Part shown: positions 48,188 to 57,660 of the stretch, in pieces | How the letters are laid out: each line of letters starts with the position of its first letter | How positions within the stretch are numbered: position 1 is the first letter of the stretch | NCBI GenBank assembly: GCA_041178425.1 | Contig: JBEGVH010000017.1 | Span: 1 to 64,000, forward strand | From: Pseudomonadota bacterium | GTDB lineage: Bacteria; Bdellovibrionota; Bdellovibrionia; Bdellovibrionales; Bdellovibrionaceae | Length of the DNA: 64,000 nt | Direction of reading: 5' to 3' | Made by a program: the position numbers and the translations under genes | Notes under the pieces: model-generated | Databases searched by the model: none | What the model was told of the DNA's origin: nothing | What the model saw: only the letters and a program-made list of their open reading frames with translations

Positions 48188-49395
48188 GAAACCTTCTTGT
48201 TAGCTTAGCTTTTTTGATGTCAATGGGTGCTTCGGCTGCCGTCATCGACCTAAATACGGTTACTGAACGGGCGAAGAAAAAAAATTATACTGTTTTACAG
48301 AATGCCGAGATGCTTTATCAGTCCAAAATGACTATGGTAAAGTCTCGAACCGACTTGTTGCCCAGTCTCAATCTTTGGGACATTTTAAATAGTGTAACGG
48401 GTTTCGAAGTTAATTTGATTGAAGACCTTTGCCCCTTTTTGATTCCTTCCAATTGGTTTCGAAAGGCGGAGAATGAATTACTCTATCAAGCAGATAAGCT
48501 TGGGTATCGTGCCTTAGTGGCCAATGAAGTAATGAATGCGCGTGCGATCTATTGGCGTATTTTGCATGATCAGGATTTGGTGCAAATACTCGATGAACAC
48601 ATTAAAGAACTCGATAGTATTCTCGAAGCCATTCGTATTCGAGAAGAAATAGGTGTGGTTCCGGTGGGCACCACCAGAGAACTAAAAATACGTCAGTTAG
48701 GTCTTAAAGACGACTGGAATCAATTGCGACTTTTGTATCAACGAGAATTACTTTCTCTCACAATGGCTCTCGGTTATCCGGCGGAGCAACATCACATCAT
48801 TCGCAAAGATGAACTAAAAATGATTGATCGAGTTGGAAGGGTTGGCTTTGAGAACGAACTCAAATACGTTCTGGCTCTGTCTCCGGAACTTCAGCAATTT
48901 GACTATTTTGTAAGGGTTATTCCTAATCTCCGCGGCGAAGTGTATTTTGCCATTATGGGTGCAGGGAAGGCGAGTCGAGGTCTTCCAGGAGGAGTCTTTG
49001 ACAGTCTTCCTACCTTAAATGGACTAGGGTTTTCACAGGCGCCAGTGTTAAAGATTATCGCCTCACAAGAACGACTTTTGAAGCTTCAAAGGGATGGAGT
49101 GAGAGAAACCCTAAAACGCCAGTGGCAGGGCTTTATCAATGAATTCACGATTGGTCTTGAACGGCGAGCCAACCTAGCCGATAGAATTCGTCTCACTAAT
49201 CAGGCTAAAGATTACATTGAGGAAAAAATTAAACGTGGTGAAAGTCTGAATCTGTTTGAACTTCTCGATATCTCTCGAAGTTTAATGGAAACCCAAATTG
49301 CCTACGTGGCTCTTCAATATCATTTACGAGCTCAATTAGATATTCGAGATCGCCTGCAATTTCAGGGTGGCTATCGCGGAATCGAAAGACTGTAA
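48184..49395 (+). CDS. Divergent TolC-like outer membrane protein
   Basis: Signal peptide, DLLPSLNL, ALSPELQQ and long amphipathic helices; ATGA coupling to the lipoprotein gene. Confidence 0.6.
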   Translation: MRNLLVSLAFLMSMGASAAVIDLNTVTERAKKKNYTVLQNAEMLYQSKMTMVKSRTDLLPSLNLWDILNSVTGFEVNLIEDLCPFLIPSNWFRKAENELLYQADKLGYRALVANEVMNARAIYWRILHDQDLVQILDEHIKELDSILEAIRIREEIGVVPVGTTRELKIRQLGLKDDWNQLRLLYQRELLSLTMALGYPAEQHHIIRKDELKMIDRVGRVGFENELKYVLALSPELQQFDYFVRVIPNLRGEVYFAIMGAGKASRGLPGGVFDSLPTLNGLGFSQAPVLKIIASQERLLKLQRDGVRETLKRQWQGFINEFTIGLERRANLADRIRLTNQAKDYIEEKIKRGESLNLFELLDISRSLMETQIAYVALQYHLRAQLDIRDRLQFQGGYRGIERL

Positions 49396-49607
49396 CACTT
49401 GGGCCCTCTCAGCCCCATTCTTTGCCAGCGGCTATCGTTCATTGGGCCAGGGAGACTTAGACTTTTTGGTAGCTAGTAAAAAATTGCTCAAGTGCAGGGC
49501 AAATATCGCCGAAAGGAAAATGTTGGTATATTTTTTAGCACCATGAAGGTGCTGGGTTTGTCGTGCCATTTTCAGTATTTGGGCAGAGACCAACACACGG
49601 AGGTTCC

Positions 49608-52600
49608 ATGGCTAATAAATTCAAATTTATCAGTCTCAGTGTTATAGCTCTTTCCAGTTTTTTTCTTCTCACACGTTGTGGTGATGGCAATGGGCAAAAT
49701 CAATTAGAACAAAACTTAAACTTTGCTGAGGGAGAATCGTTTTCGCCATTAGAAACAGTGAGACATGCCAAAAGCGGAGTTGTGAGAGTGTCCTCTGTAA
49801 ACACATCATATTTAACCGAGTCTCTTCCTCGAACCCAACCCTTTGCCTTGGCGGAGGCGCCAGAGTCTCCGCTCTTCAGGGCGGAGCAGCAGTTTCATGC
49901 GGCAGAGCCGATTGGTCGAACAACCCCACAATATTACAAAGCCCTTCGACCGACGATTCCTTCCTTGCGAACCTCTCATGATGGGCGCATTGGTTTTGGC
50001 TGGGGCACGGGGCTACTCTATTTGTTGTCGCCAGAAAAAATAAAGTCGCAGTTCGTTCTTAGTAAGCCAAGTTTAGACATTCTAATCGACCCTAAGGGAA
50101 GTCCGACTCGAGCCACTGAAGAAAATTTTCTTCTCAAAAAGGGAGAACCATGGAGCTTTGCGGGTGTTACGATTTGTAATCACGTGCCCCGAGAGCAACA
50201 GCCACGGAAGTGTGGCTCCAATGATTGCTATGATCTCACTTATATGGGTTTTTACCTGAAGAAAAGTGCGGGGAGTGGGGTCAAAGATTTGGCCTATTTT
50301 CGATCGAGAAAAGTCGTGATTGAAGTGGCGAAACCAAAGACTGCTGCTGCTTCTATTAAGAGTATTCAAGCCGCACCTGGTTCTGTTTTGCGTGAAAAAG
50401 CAGAGCCATTTCAAGTAGACACGGCTATGACGAGCAAAGATTTTCAATCTTTCGAACCAGTGGCTACTTCTGATGGGCGGCTCTATGTTTCGAGAGTGAG
50501 TGGTCTGGCTATGAAGAACAGCGGAGGCAATCCAAATAAGACAGTCGATATTTATTATTTGGTGGCACCGTTATCAGCAGAGCCGTGTGATGCCTCCAGT
50601 TTTTCTTCGATGAAGCGAATGCCCAGGGCACATTACGATCCAGAAATGCGAAACCCTGCGACGATGGAGGGACGGCCACGTTATGGTATTGCTGAGTATC
50701 CAATGTTGGATTCTTTTGGACAATCTATTTCTGAAGACGCCCACTTTCCAACCTATCCTTGGATTGATCGTGCCGGGAATAATTTGTTTTTCTCAACAGG
50801 GGGGAGCACTCTTTATACTTTCCCATGGCAGTTTCAAAATATCGAGACGGCCGAACCTGGTCGATTTGTTGGTGATTGGGTGATGTTGCCGGAGTCGGAA
50901 CGATACCCTTCTCGCTGTTTGCAAGGGTTTCCCGATTGTAAACAAAATAAGTATAACCCGGAGGATCGTGGCGGTGTGCGAGGAATTGCTGTTTTAGGCT
51001 CGTGGACACGCGGAAAAACGGTGGTGTTTGATGGCCGTGTGAATCATACTGATTATGGCCTTAAGCGGGGGCCTCGCTACCATCGAGAAGTTCAGCTTTA
51101 TCAGCCGGAATCAGATTTTGACGGTTATATGCGTATTGGATCTGGCCGTGAAAACGGGCAAAATGGCAACGGTATTACTAACGACCTCGATAGTTTAAGA
51201 GAAAATTCAGAAATTCGAGGTATGGGCGGCCCCACTGGCACCGTAGATTCCCTTGAAAATATATTTAACACCTATCGGTTTTTGCGTCCGTCGCTCCCGC
51301 GAGACACAGTTTGGACAATCAACAATGCGATTGATAGTGATGAAGTGGTTTTCGATGACAGCTTAGATAACAAAGCCTTGATTGTTTCTTCGATGGTGGC
51401 AGGGGCCGAGTTTATGGCTCTGCCTTGGTGGCACGACGAATGGAAATATGCCGATGGTTTTACTCGACGTGGGGACGGAGCTAAGGATCAGCAAGAACAA
51501 CCCGTTTTAATTCAGAATGCAGCAACGTCGCCGAATCTACCTCTTCCGGCCTACGGATATCTCAATAAAGGGCGCATCGAGCCGATCGCCCTCGGTGGAA
51601 TCCAGGGACGCGGCCTATGGCTCGATGGTACCAATGCACTCAGTTACACCTTTCCTCGACCTCACCTGGGGACGGAGCTCTTTTTCTCTCTTTTCTTCGA
51701 CAATCGAAGCCCCGATGAGACACCTCGCCAACTCGTTGAATTTCCAGATGGAACTCAAATTTTTGTGAATTCGCAATCTCTTCGTTTTCAAAAGGCCGGC
51801 GAGAACCACAGCGTTTCTTTCGAGTCAGGAAAAAAATCGTGGAATCATTTGGCCGTCGGAGTGAGCACTGATAACCGAGTGGTCACGATTTATTTAAACG
51901 GAATGAAATACCAAACATTTGGAACGTCCACACCGTTCTTCCGAATTTCGGATTCGCTCGTCTTGCGCGTTGGAAAGTCTGAAGAAAAAACGACTCTTGG
52001 TTTTCGAGGTTGGATCGATGAGGTGAAACTTTTTGCCTACCTGCCATCAGTGGAAGTGATTTGTAATCATGCTTTTGGTTCGCTTTATTGGGTAAAGAAC
52101 GGGGCCAATTCACCCTGGGCCGCGAAGGCCGATCACTATCCGGCCGCATCTCACTTAGAAATCTATCGCCAGTTGCCCGAAAAGTTCGCCAGTGAAAAAG
52201 GAATTTTTGATAACTCACGATTTGTTTGTGGGGCCAATTATTCCAACTCCACCGAAATCTATAAGTCACTCGCCAGAGAAGAAGAAGGGCTCGTTTCTCT
52301 GAGAGAGGTAATTCTCTTCGCTGTTCCCGCTGCCGCCGGAAGTACTGAAGACGGTCGCATCAGCTGGAATGGTCATCGAACTGATTTTCGAGGCAATGGA
52401 TTCTGTTTATCTTGCCACGCGACCTCAGAGCGAAGGGGTTTGGGAATTGCGGCCCTTGACCCTGGGACTAACTGTTCCATGGTGGATCCGCGCCGCCAGC
52501 CATTTCAGCCCCCTGTTCGACTCATGGGGCAGGTGACGAATGAACTCCTAAGTGCCATTAGTTCTACGCCCGAAAAATTATTGAAGCTTTACGAGAACAA

Positions 52601-53381
52601 GACTCAGGCCTTACTGGTGGATCCAATGCTGCTACCAAAAAATCCGGGAGATGGGGTTTGTGGTGAGGTGAAAGCGGCAGATATTGTTGTGACTGATATA
52701 AAATGGTCGCCGGTTTCCCCTGCGAATGGTGAATTAGTGACGATTACGGTGACCGTTAAAAATATGGGCGATATAAAAGTACAAGCTGGCACGTGGATGG
52801 GAGCGACATTGAGTTTCAATGATAACCCTTCTTCGTGGGCTGGCGCCAAATTGAAGAAGGATCTTCTTCCACAGGGTACATTTTCATTTGCAACACCGAG
52901 TGCGCAAAGATGGCAAGCTCAATTAGGAACCTGGAAGATCATGGCTCACGCTGATGATCAAGGTGTGATTCTTGAAAAAAATGAATCCAACAATAGTATG
53001 ACGCAGGTACTGACGGTGGGAAAATTGGTTCAAAAAATTATGACTCCACCCAAATTGGCGGTTCTGAGTCCTGCTCATGGCGCTGGTAATGTTGAGAATC
53101 AGCCTGTTATTAAGTGGAAAACATCAGGCGATGTCGATGCTCTGACTGTTGAAATTTCCACCTCGCCAGAGTTTACAAGCTTTTGGACTTTGACAAGGCC
53201 TCCGTTGAGCACTCAAGCGGTTTTTAACGGGCCCGCCTCGGGTTGGATGACTGAGGCGGTCACCGGGGCGCCAGAATCACTAACAGGGAATCAAACCTAC
53301 TATTTGCGTATTGGAGGCGTTTATGATTCTGGAAAGCAAATCAACTATAGTCCGACGGTAAAATTCAGGGTCAAAAAGTAG
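49608..53381 (+). CDS. Large lipoprotein (1257 aa) with LamG/ConA-like domain, CxxCH motif, CARDB domain and C-terminal Ig/Fn3-like domain
   Basis: GGAGG RBS, lipobox-like LTRC; WNHLAV...IYLNG...FRGWIDEVKLF (LamG); CLSCH at 52404-52418; DIVVTDI...VTVKNMG...EKNESNN (CARDB). Confidence 0.75.
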   Translation: MANKFKFISLSVIALSSFFLLTRCGDGNGQNQLEQNLNFAEGESFSPLETVRHAKSGVVRVSSVNTSYLTESLPRTQPFALAEAPESPLFRAEQQFHAAEPIGRTTPQYYKALRPTIPSLRTSHDGRIGFGWGTGLLYLLSPEKIKSQFVLSKPSLDILIDPKGSPTRATEENFLLKKGEPWSFAGVTICNHVPREQQPRKCGSNDCYDLTYMGFYLKKSAGSGVKDLAYFRSRKVVIEVAKPKTAAASIKSIQAAPGSVLREKAEPFQVDTAMTSKDFQSFEPVATSDGRLYVSRVSGLAMKNSGGNPNKTVDIYYLVAPLSAEPCDASSFSSMKRMPRAHYDPEMRNPATMEGRPRYGIAEYPMLDSFGQSISEDAHFPTYPWIDRAGNNLFFSTGGSTLYTFPWQFQNIETAEPGRFVGDWVMLPESERYPSRCLQGFPDCKQNKYNPEDRGGVRGIAVLGSWTRGKTVVFDGRVNHTDYGLKRGPRYHREVQLYQPESDFDGYMRIGSGRENGQNGNGITNDLDSLRENSEIRGMGGPTGTVDSLENIFNTYRFLRPSLPRDTVWTINNAIDSDEVVFDDSLDNKALIVSSMVAGAEFMALPWWHDEWKYADGFTRRGDGAKDQQEQPVLIQNAATSPNLPLPAYGYLNKGRIEPIALGGIQGRGLWLDGTNALSYTFPRPHLGTELFFSLFFDNRSPDETPRQLVEFPDGTQIFVNSQSLRFQKAGENHSVSFESGKKSWNHLAVGVSTDNRVVTIYLNGMKYQTFGTSTPFFRISDSLVLRVGKSEEKTTLGFRGWIDEVKLFAYLPSVEVICNHAFGSLYWVKNGANSPWAAKADHYPAASHLEIYRQLPEKFASEKGIFDNSRFVCGANYSNSTEIYKSLAREEEGLVSLREVILFAVPAAAGSTEDGRISWNGHRTDFRGNGFCLSCHATSERRGLGIAALDPGTNCSMVDPRRQPFQPPVRLMGQVTNELLSAISSTPEKLLKLYENKTQALLVDPMLLPKNPGDGVCGEVKAADIVVTDIKWSPVSPANGELVTITVTVKNMGDIKVQAGTWMGATLSFNDNPSSWAGAKLKKDLLPQGTFSFATPSAQRWQAQLGTWKIMAHADDQGVILEKNESNNSMTQVLTVGKLVQKIMTPPKLAVLSPAHGAGNVENQPVIKWKTSGDVDALTVEISTSPEFTSFWTLTRPPLSTQAVFNGPASGWMTEAVTGAPESLTGNQTYYLRIGGVYDSGKQINYSPTVKFRVKK

Positions 53382-53501
53382 CCTTAAATTGGCCCCTGTA
53401 AAAAACCTGGTCAGTTGTAGGGCCCTATAAACGAACGCACTGATTTCGATAGTCCTCCGAGATGGCGTGAACCTTGCTCCCTCTCTACTCGGAGGTTTCA
53501 C

Positions 53502-53972
53502 ATGAAAAAACAATTCCTATTTTTTTTAGCATCTCTGAGCTTCTTTATGACGGCACACGCCCAATCTCAAAGTAGTCAATTACCCTATGGCGAGTTGGTG
53601 GGGGATGCTTTGCCTGTGATTGGACCCATCGAATTTAAAGTTGAGCGAGGAATCCCAAAAACTGTGGTGAACTCGATAAAAGAGACGTTGGTTGAGGTCA
53701 ATAGCAGGGTGGGCCGAGAGCTATTTGTGGTTAAAGGCGTTGTTGCTCGTGAAGAAGCTCCAAGCCCTGATGAACTCAGCACGATTACCCTAGGATCAGT
53801 GCAAGCGGGTGGCGTTGCGGTTATTTCAACCATCCCATACTACGGAGCTGGGGAAATCGCTGAAGTAGATCTAGTTATCAATGCTGATGTGAAAGACCTT
53901 GCGGCCAACCCTGAGGTCTTGAAAAAAACACTGAGAGGGCAGTTGATGCAGCTTCTCGAGGGAATGGAATAA
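53502..53972 (+). CDS. Secreted hypothetical protein, possible catalytically dead matrixin-like domain
   Basis: GGAGG RBS, signal peptide ending AHA; GEIAEVDLVINA motif but no HExxH. Confidence 0.6.
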   Translation: MKKQFLFFLASLSFFMTAHAQSQSSQLPYGELVGDALPVIGPIEFKVERGIPKTVVNSIKETLVEVNSRVGRELFVVKGVVAREEAPSPDELSTITLGSVQAGGVAVISTIPYYGAGEIAEVDLVINADVKDLAANPEVLKKTLRGQLMQLLEGME

Positions 53973-54080
53973 TCCTGGGACTCCATTTTTTCTTCAATAA
54001 TTTTTGTTTCTTGATTTGCTAAACTGGCGTAAGGGTGTTACGCCAGTGCTATTGAAGAAACATAATTAATGGAGGAATCT

Positions 54081-54599
54081 ATGCAAAAAAAAGTAAAAAA
54101 CATTTTCGCTGATTGGTCTAAAGCTTTAAAAATTCAACAATTGAAAGCTGACCTCAATGCTTTGGCTGATGATATGGCCAAGGTAAAAAAGTCAATTGTT
54201 CCACAAGCTAAGCAAACAGTAAAAAAAGCAGAAAAAGAATACCAAAAGATTTTGGCTCAATTAACTGTGGCTCAAAAACAATGGAATCTCGAAGTAAAAA
54301 AAGCAGGAGCCTTCCTTAAAAAGACAACAAAAGACGTTGAAAAGACTGTGAAGAGCTATCAAAAAATCGCTGCTCAGCAAAAAGCAGAGATCAAAAAGTC
54401 TGTGAAAGTAACTCCTAAAGCAAAAACTGTTAAACCAACAGTGAAGGTAACAGTTAAGCCAGCGGCAAAAAAAGCTACCGTTGCGACAAAAGCAAAAAAA
54501 GTTGCTAAACCAAAGGCTGCAGCAAAAGTAAAAGTAGCTCCTAAAGCTAAGGGTGCGACTAAGGCTGAACCACAACAGCCGATGATTCCAGGGCTTTAA
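54081..54599 (+). CDS. Lys/Ala-rich basic protein (coiled-coil N-terminus, histone-H1-like tail)
   Basis: GGAGG RBS; KPAAKKA, KAKKVAKPKAAAK low-complexity tail. Confidence 0.7.
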   Translation: MQKKVKNIFADWSKALKIQQLKADLNALADDMAKVKKSIVPQAKQTVKKAEKEYQKILAQLTVAQKQWNLEVKKAGAFLKKTTKDVEKTVKSYQKIAAQQKAEIKKSVKVTPKAKTVKPTVKVTVKPAAKKATVATKAKKVAKPKAAAKVKVAPKAKGATKAEPQQPMIPGL

Positions 54600-54612
54600 T
54601 ATTCAAGTTGCC

Positions 54613-54654
54613 TCTCCCTCCATTCTAATAAATCGGAGGGAGAAGTCTTTTTTT
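54613..54654 (+). terminator. Intrinsic terminator after the basic protein gene
   Basis: TCTCCCTCC...GGAGGGAGA stem followed by a T7 tract; lies between convergent genes. Confidence 0.6.
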
Positions 54655-54674
54655 CATCGAAGATATTATTTTGA

Positions 54675-56288
54675 CTAAGCTTCTCTTTCTCTTTGTTCAT
54701 GCTCTGATTCAGCGATTTCTGTGAGAGTGCCCTCTGAAAGTAAAAGAGTGCTGGCCACGGATACCGCATTTTCGAGTGCAGTACGAACAACCTTTGTGGG
54801 ATCAATGATCCCCGCAGCAACCAAATCGATAAATTTCCCGCTGGCTCCATCAAAGCCAAAGTTTCCTTTGTTTTTTTTCATTTCCGCAACAACCACGCCA
54901 TCGTCGGCATTTGAATTTTTGGCAATTTGACGAGCGGGAACCTCAAGAGCCCGACGAAGAAGTCCTATGCCAGTTTTGACGTCGCCTGTAGCTAAGGCTT
55001 CTTCGTGCTCGAGTTCTTGGCTCAGGCGAACAAAGACCAGTCCCCCTCCGGCAACAATTCCCTCTTGAGCGGCGGCCCTTGTTGCACTTATGGAGTCATC
55101 GAGGGCTTCCTTTTTAATTTTTATTTCAGTTTCAGTGGGGGCACCAACGTGAATAACGGCCACACCACCGGCCAATTTTGCGATTCGTTCTCGTAGCTTT
55201 TCTCTTTCATAGGTGCTTGACGTCTGTTCAAGTTCTGTCCGAAGCAATTTGATTCGTTCTTGCAGAGCCATTTTCATGCCTGCCCCTCCGATGATCGTGG
55301 TAAAGTCTTTGGTAGACCTTACTTTTTTAGCTCGGCCAAAATGTTCGAGCGTGAGTGAATCGAGCTTTTCACCTAATTCTTCGGAGATAAATTTTCCGCC
55401 GCACAAAATGGCCATATCTTGCATCTGAGCTTTTCGGTGATCTCCAAAACCAGGGGCCTTAACGGCAAGAGAGAGAAGAACTCCGCGAACCTTATTGACC
55501 ACGAGAGTGGCGAGGGCTTCGCCATCAACATCTTCAGCAATGATGAGAATGCTTCTATTGGCTTTAGTTATTTGCTCGAGGATTGGAACAATATCGTTAA
55601 CATGGCTAATTTTCTTTTCGTAGAGGAGGATGTAGGGGTCGTCGAGGGTAGCTTCCATTTTTTCGGGGTCGGTGATAAAATAAGAAGATAGGTAGCCACG
55701 ATCAAATTTTAGGCCTTCGACGACGTCTACGGTTGTTTCTGTGCCTTGGCTCTCTTCAACAGTCACAGCCCCCTCGTTTCCAACGCGATGGATGGCATCA
55801 GCAACGAGTTTACCAAGGACGGAATCGTTGTGAGCAGAAATAGTAGCAACTTGTGCCATTTCTAAGGGGCCTTTGATAGGTCTGGATAATTCATGGAGTT
55901 TTACGAGGGCTGCGGCAAGACCCTGATTCAAGCCCTTTTTAAGATCAATCGCACTGGCGCCAGCGGCTACATTTCGCAGGCCTTCTGAGAAAATTGAATG
56001 AGCTATAAGAGTCGCGGTGGTTGTTCCATCACCAACGGCATCGCCAGTTTTTTGCGCCACTTCGCGCATCATTTGGGCTCCTAGATTCTCTACGGGGTCT
56101 GCGAGTTCAATTTCTCTGGCGATGGTAACTCCATCATTGCATATGATAGGAACTCCCCATTTTTTACCAATAAGAATGCTTTTCGATTTTGGTCCTAAGG
56201 TTATTTTCATAGCGTCCACGAGAGTGGTGGCTCCCTTAAGAACTTTCGAGAGGGATTCTTCTTTAAATAATATTTGTTTTTTAGTCAT
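54675..56288 (-). CDS. groEL: Chaperonin GroEL paralog (no adjacent groES, no GGM tail)
   Basis: TLGPK, NDGVTIA, GDGTTTAT, FDRGYLS, KAPGFGD and GIIDPTKVVR. Start placed at MTKKQ after AAAGGTGA. Confidence 0.93.
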   Translation of the reverse strand: MTKKQILFKEESLSKVLKGATTLVDAMKITLGPKSKSILIGKKWGVPIICNDGVTIAREIELADPVENLGAQMMREVAQKTGDAVGDGTTTATLIAHSIFSEGLRNVAAGASAIDLKKGLNQGLAAALVKLHELSRPIKGPLEMAQVATISAHNDSVLGKLVADAIHRVGNEGAVTVEESQGTETTVDVVEGLKFDRGYLSSYFITDPEKMEATLDDPYILLYEKKISHVNDIVPILEQITKANRSILIIAEDVDGEALATLVVNKVRGVLLSLAVKAPGFGDHRKAQMQDMAILCGGKFISEELGEKLDSLTLEHFGRAKKVRSTKDFTTIIGGAGMKMALQERIKLLRTELEQTSSTYEREKLRERIAKLAGGVAVIHVGAPTETEIKIKKEALDDSISATRAAAQEGIVAGGGLVFVRLSQELEHEEALATGDVKTGIGLLRRALEVPARQIAKNSNADDGVVVAEMKKNKGNFGFDGASGKFIDLVAAGIIDPTKVVRTALENAVSVASTLLLSEGTLTEIAESEHEQREREA

Positions 56289-56310
56289 GACTTCACCTTT
56301 TTTTCTATGG

Positions 56311-56373
56311 CAGGTCGGTAGAATCCAAACAGAAGTCTGTCTTGCTGAATTAACGGAAGATTCTACCGACCTG
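56311..56373. repeat. Perfect 15-bp inverted repeat in the groEL leader
   Basis: CAGGTCGGTAGAATC (56311-56325) and GATTCTACCGACCTG (56359-56373). Confidence 0.85.
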
Positions 56374-56566
56374 TTTGAGTAAGAGTTCAATCAATTAGCT
56401 GGAGAGTCTACTTTTTGTTTCTTAATTGTTTCGTGTGTTTTGTCTGCAATATTTAAGAGAGTTCCGAAAGTGAGGTGAGAAATGATGGCCCAATAAAAAT
56501 TGTGTAGTTTTTATTTTTCGCTAAGTGTTCTTATTGTTTCTCTAATCAAAAGAAAGGATGTGACTT

Positions 56567-57439
56567 ATGGAGATGCTATCGGGACAAATGACAAGCGATC
56601 AAAAAGTTTTTTTTCGAAACCTGCTGGAGAAGAAAAGAAAAAACCTTCTAGCCACCGAAGAAACTCTGAGACGGCAAGATATTCAGCCAATGAGTTTTGA
56701 AGGGGCAGGAGATATCACCCGAATCAAAACGCATCCTGCCGATCTGGCAACTGACAATCAGGATCTAGCCCTTCAAGGGGCGCTCTCTGATCGCAACCTT
56801 CATTCGCTTCAGGAGATCGAAGAAGCCTTAGACCGAATGGATCGGGGTGGCTACGGCGAGTGCCTGAGTTGCAAAGAAGCGATATCGCCGAAGCGATTAG
56901 AAGTTCTCCCGGAGGCGCGTTTTTGTGTTGAATGTGAACAGGATTTAGAGGAGATGAAGCACAATATCGGACTTGATCGAAGTGCTAAGACGTCGGTGCA
57001 AACGTTAGAAACAGCAAAAGCGATTGAGTCTCTCGGTCAACTTTTAGTTTCGGATATTATGCGCGATTCACCAATCTCACTTAAACCCAACGAGGGAATT
57101 CACCAGGCGATGACGCTCATGTCTGATTACGGAATCAGGCACTTGCCAGTTGTTGATTCAGAGGGTGATTTACAAGGGGTTGTTTCTGATCGCGACATCC
57201 TTAACGCCGTGGTGCGCCTTCGCCCTTGGAAATTGGTCGAGCGGATGGAAAATCCCTGGCAAGAAGTTCGTGTGAGTGCGGTGATGACAAAAGTTCCCGA
57301 AAGCATAAACCCTGACACAAGTCTGACCGAAGCTGGTCGGATGATGCTTGAAAATAAATTCAGTGCGCTGCCGGTCGTGGATGGAAATCGATTAGTGGGA
57401 ATTATTACCGAAAGCGATTTTGTACGGTTGATTTCGTGA
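56567..57439 (+). CDS. TraR/DksA C4 zinc-finger protein fused to a CBS-domain pair
   Basis: HPADLATD, EIEEALDRM, YGECLSC...RLEVLPEARFCVEC; then IRHLPVVD...GVVSDRD and SALPVVD...GIITESD. Confidence 0.85.
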   Translation: MEMLSGQMTSDQKVFFRNLLEKKRKNLLATEETLRRQDIQPMSFEGAGDITRIKTHPADLATDNQDLALQGALSDRNLHSLQEIEEALDRMDRGGYGECLSCKEAISPKRLEVLPEARFCVECEQDLEEMKHNIGLDRSAKTSVQTLETAKAIESLGQLLVSDIMRDSPISLKPNEGIHQAMTLMSDYGIRHLPVVDSEGDLQGVVSDRDILNAVVRLRPWKLVERMENPWQEVRVSAVMTKVPESINPDTSLTEAGRMMLENKFSALPVVDGNRLVGIITESDFVRLIS

Positions 57440-57454
57440 TGGTGCTGAAAAATT

Positions 57455-57530
<76 letters not shown>

Positions 57531-57660
57531 ATTGGCTATTTTTCGAACAAGTTCAAAAAATAAAAGAAGCCTATTGCTAAATCAAGTTTTATTTTATTGA
57601 AAAGTTTATTGATTTAGGGGTTTAATCGTTTGAAAGAATTGATTTAATAAGGGGAGCTTT

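Noticed and set aside
56289..56390. 34-aa N-terminal extension on GroEL from the ORF track
   Set aside because: TTG start without an RBS; homology and an RBS point to ATG 56288, and the extension overlaps the leader hairpin.
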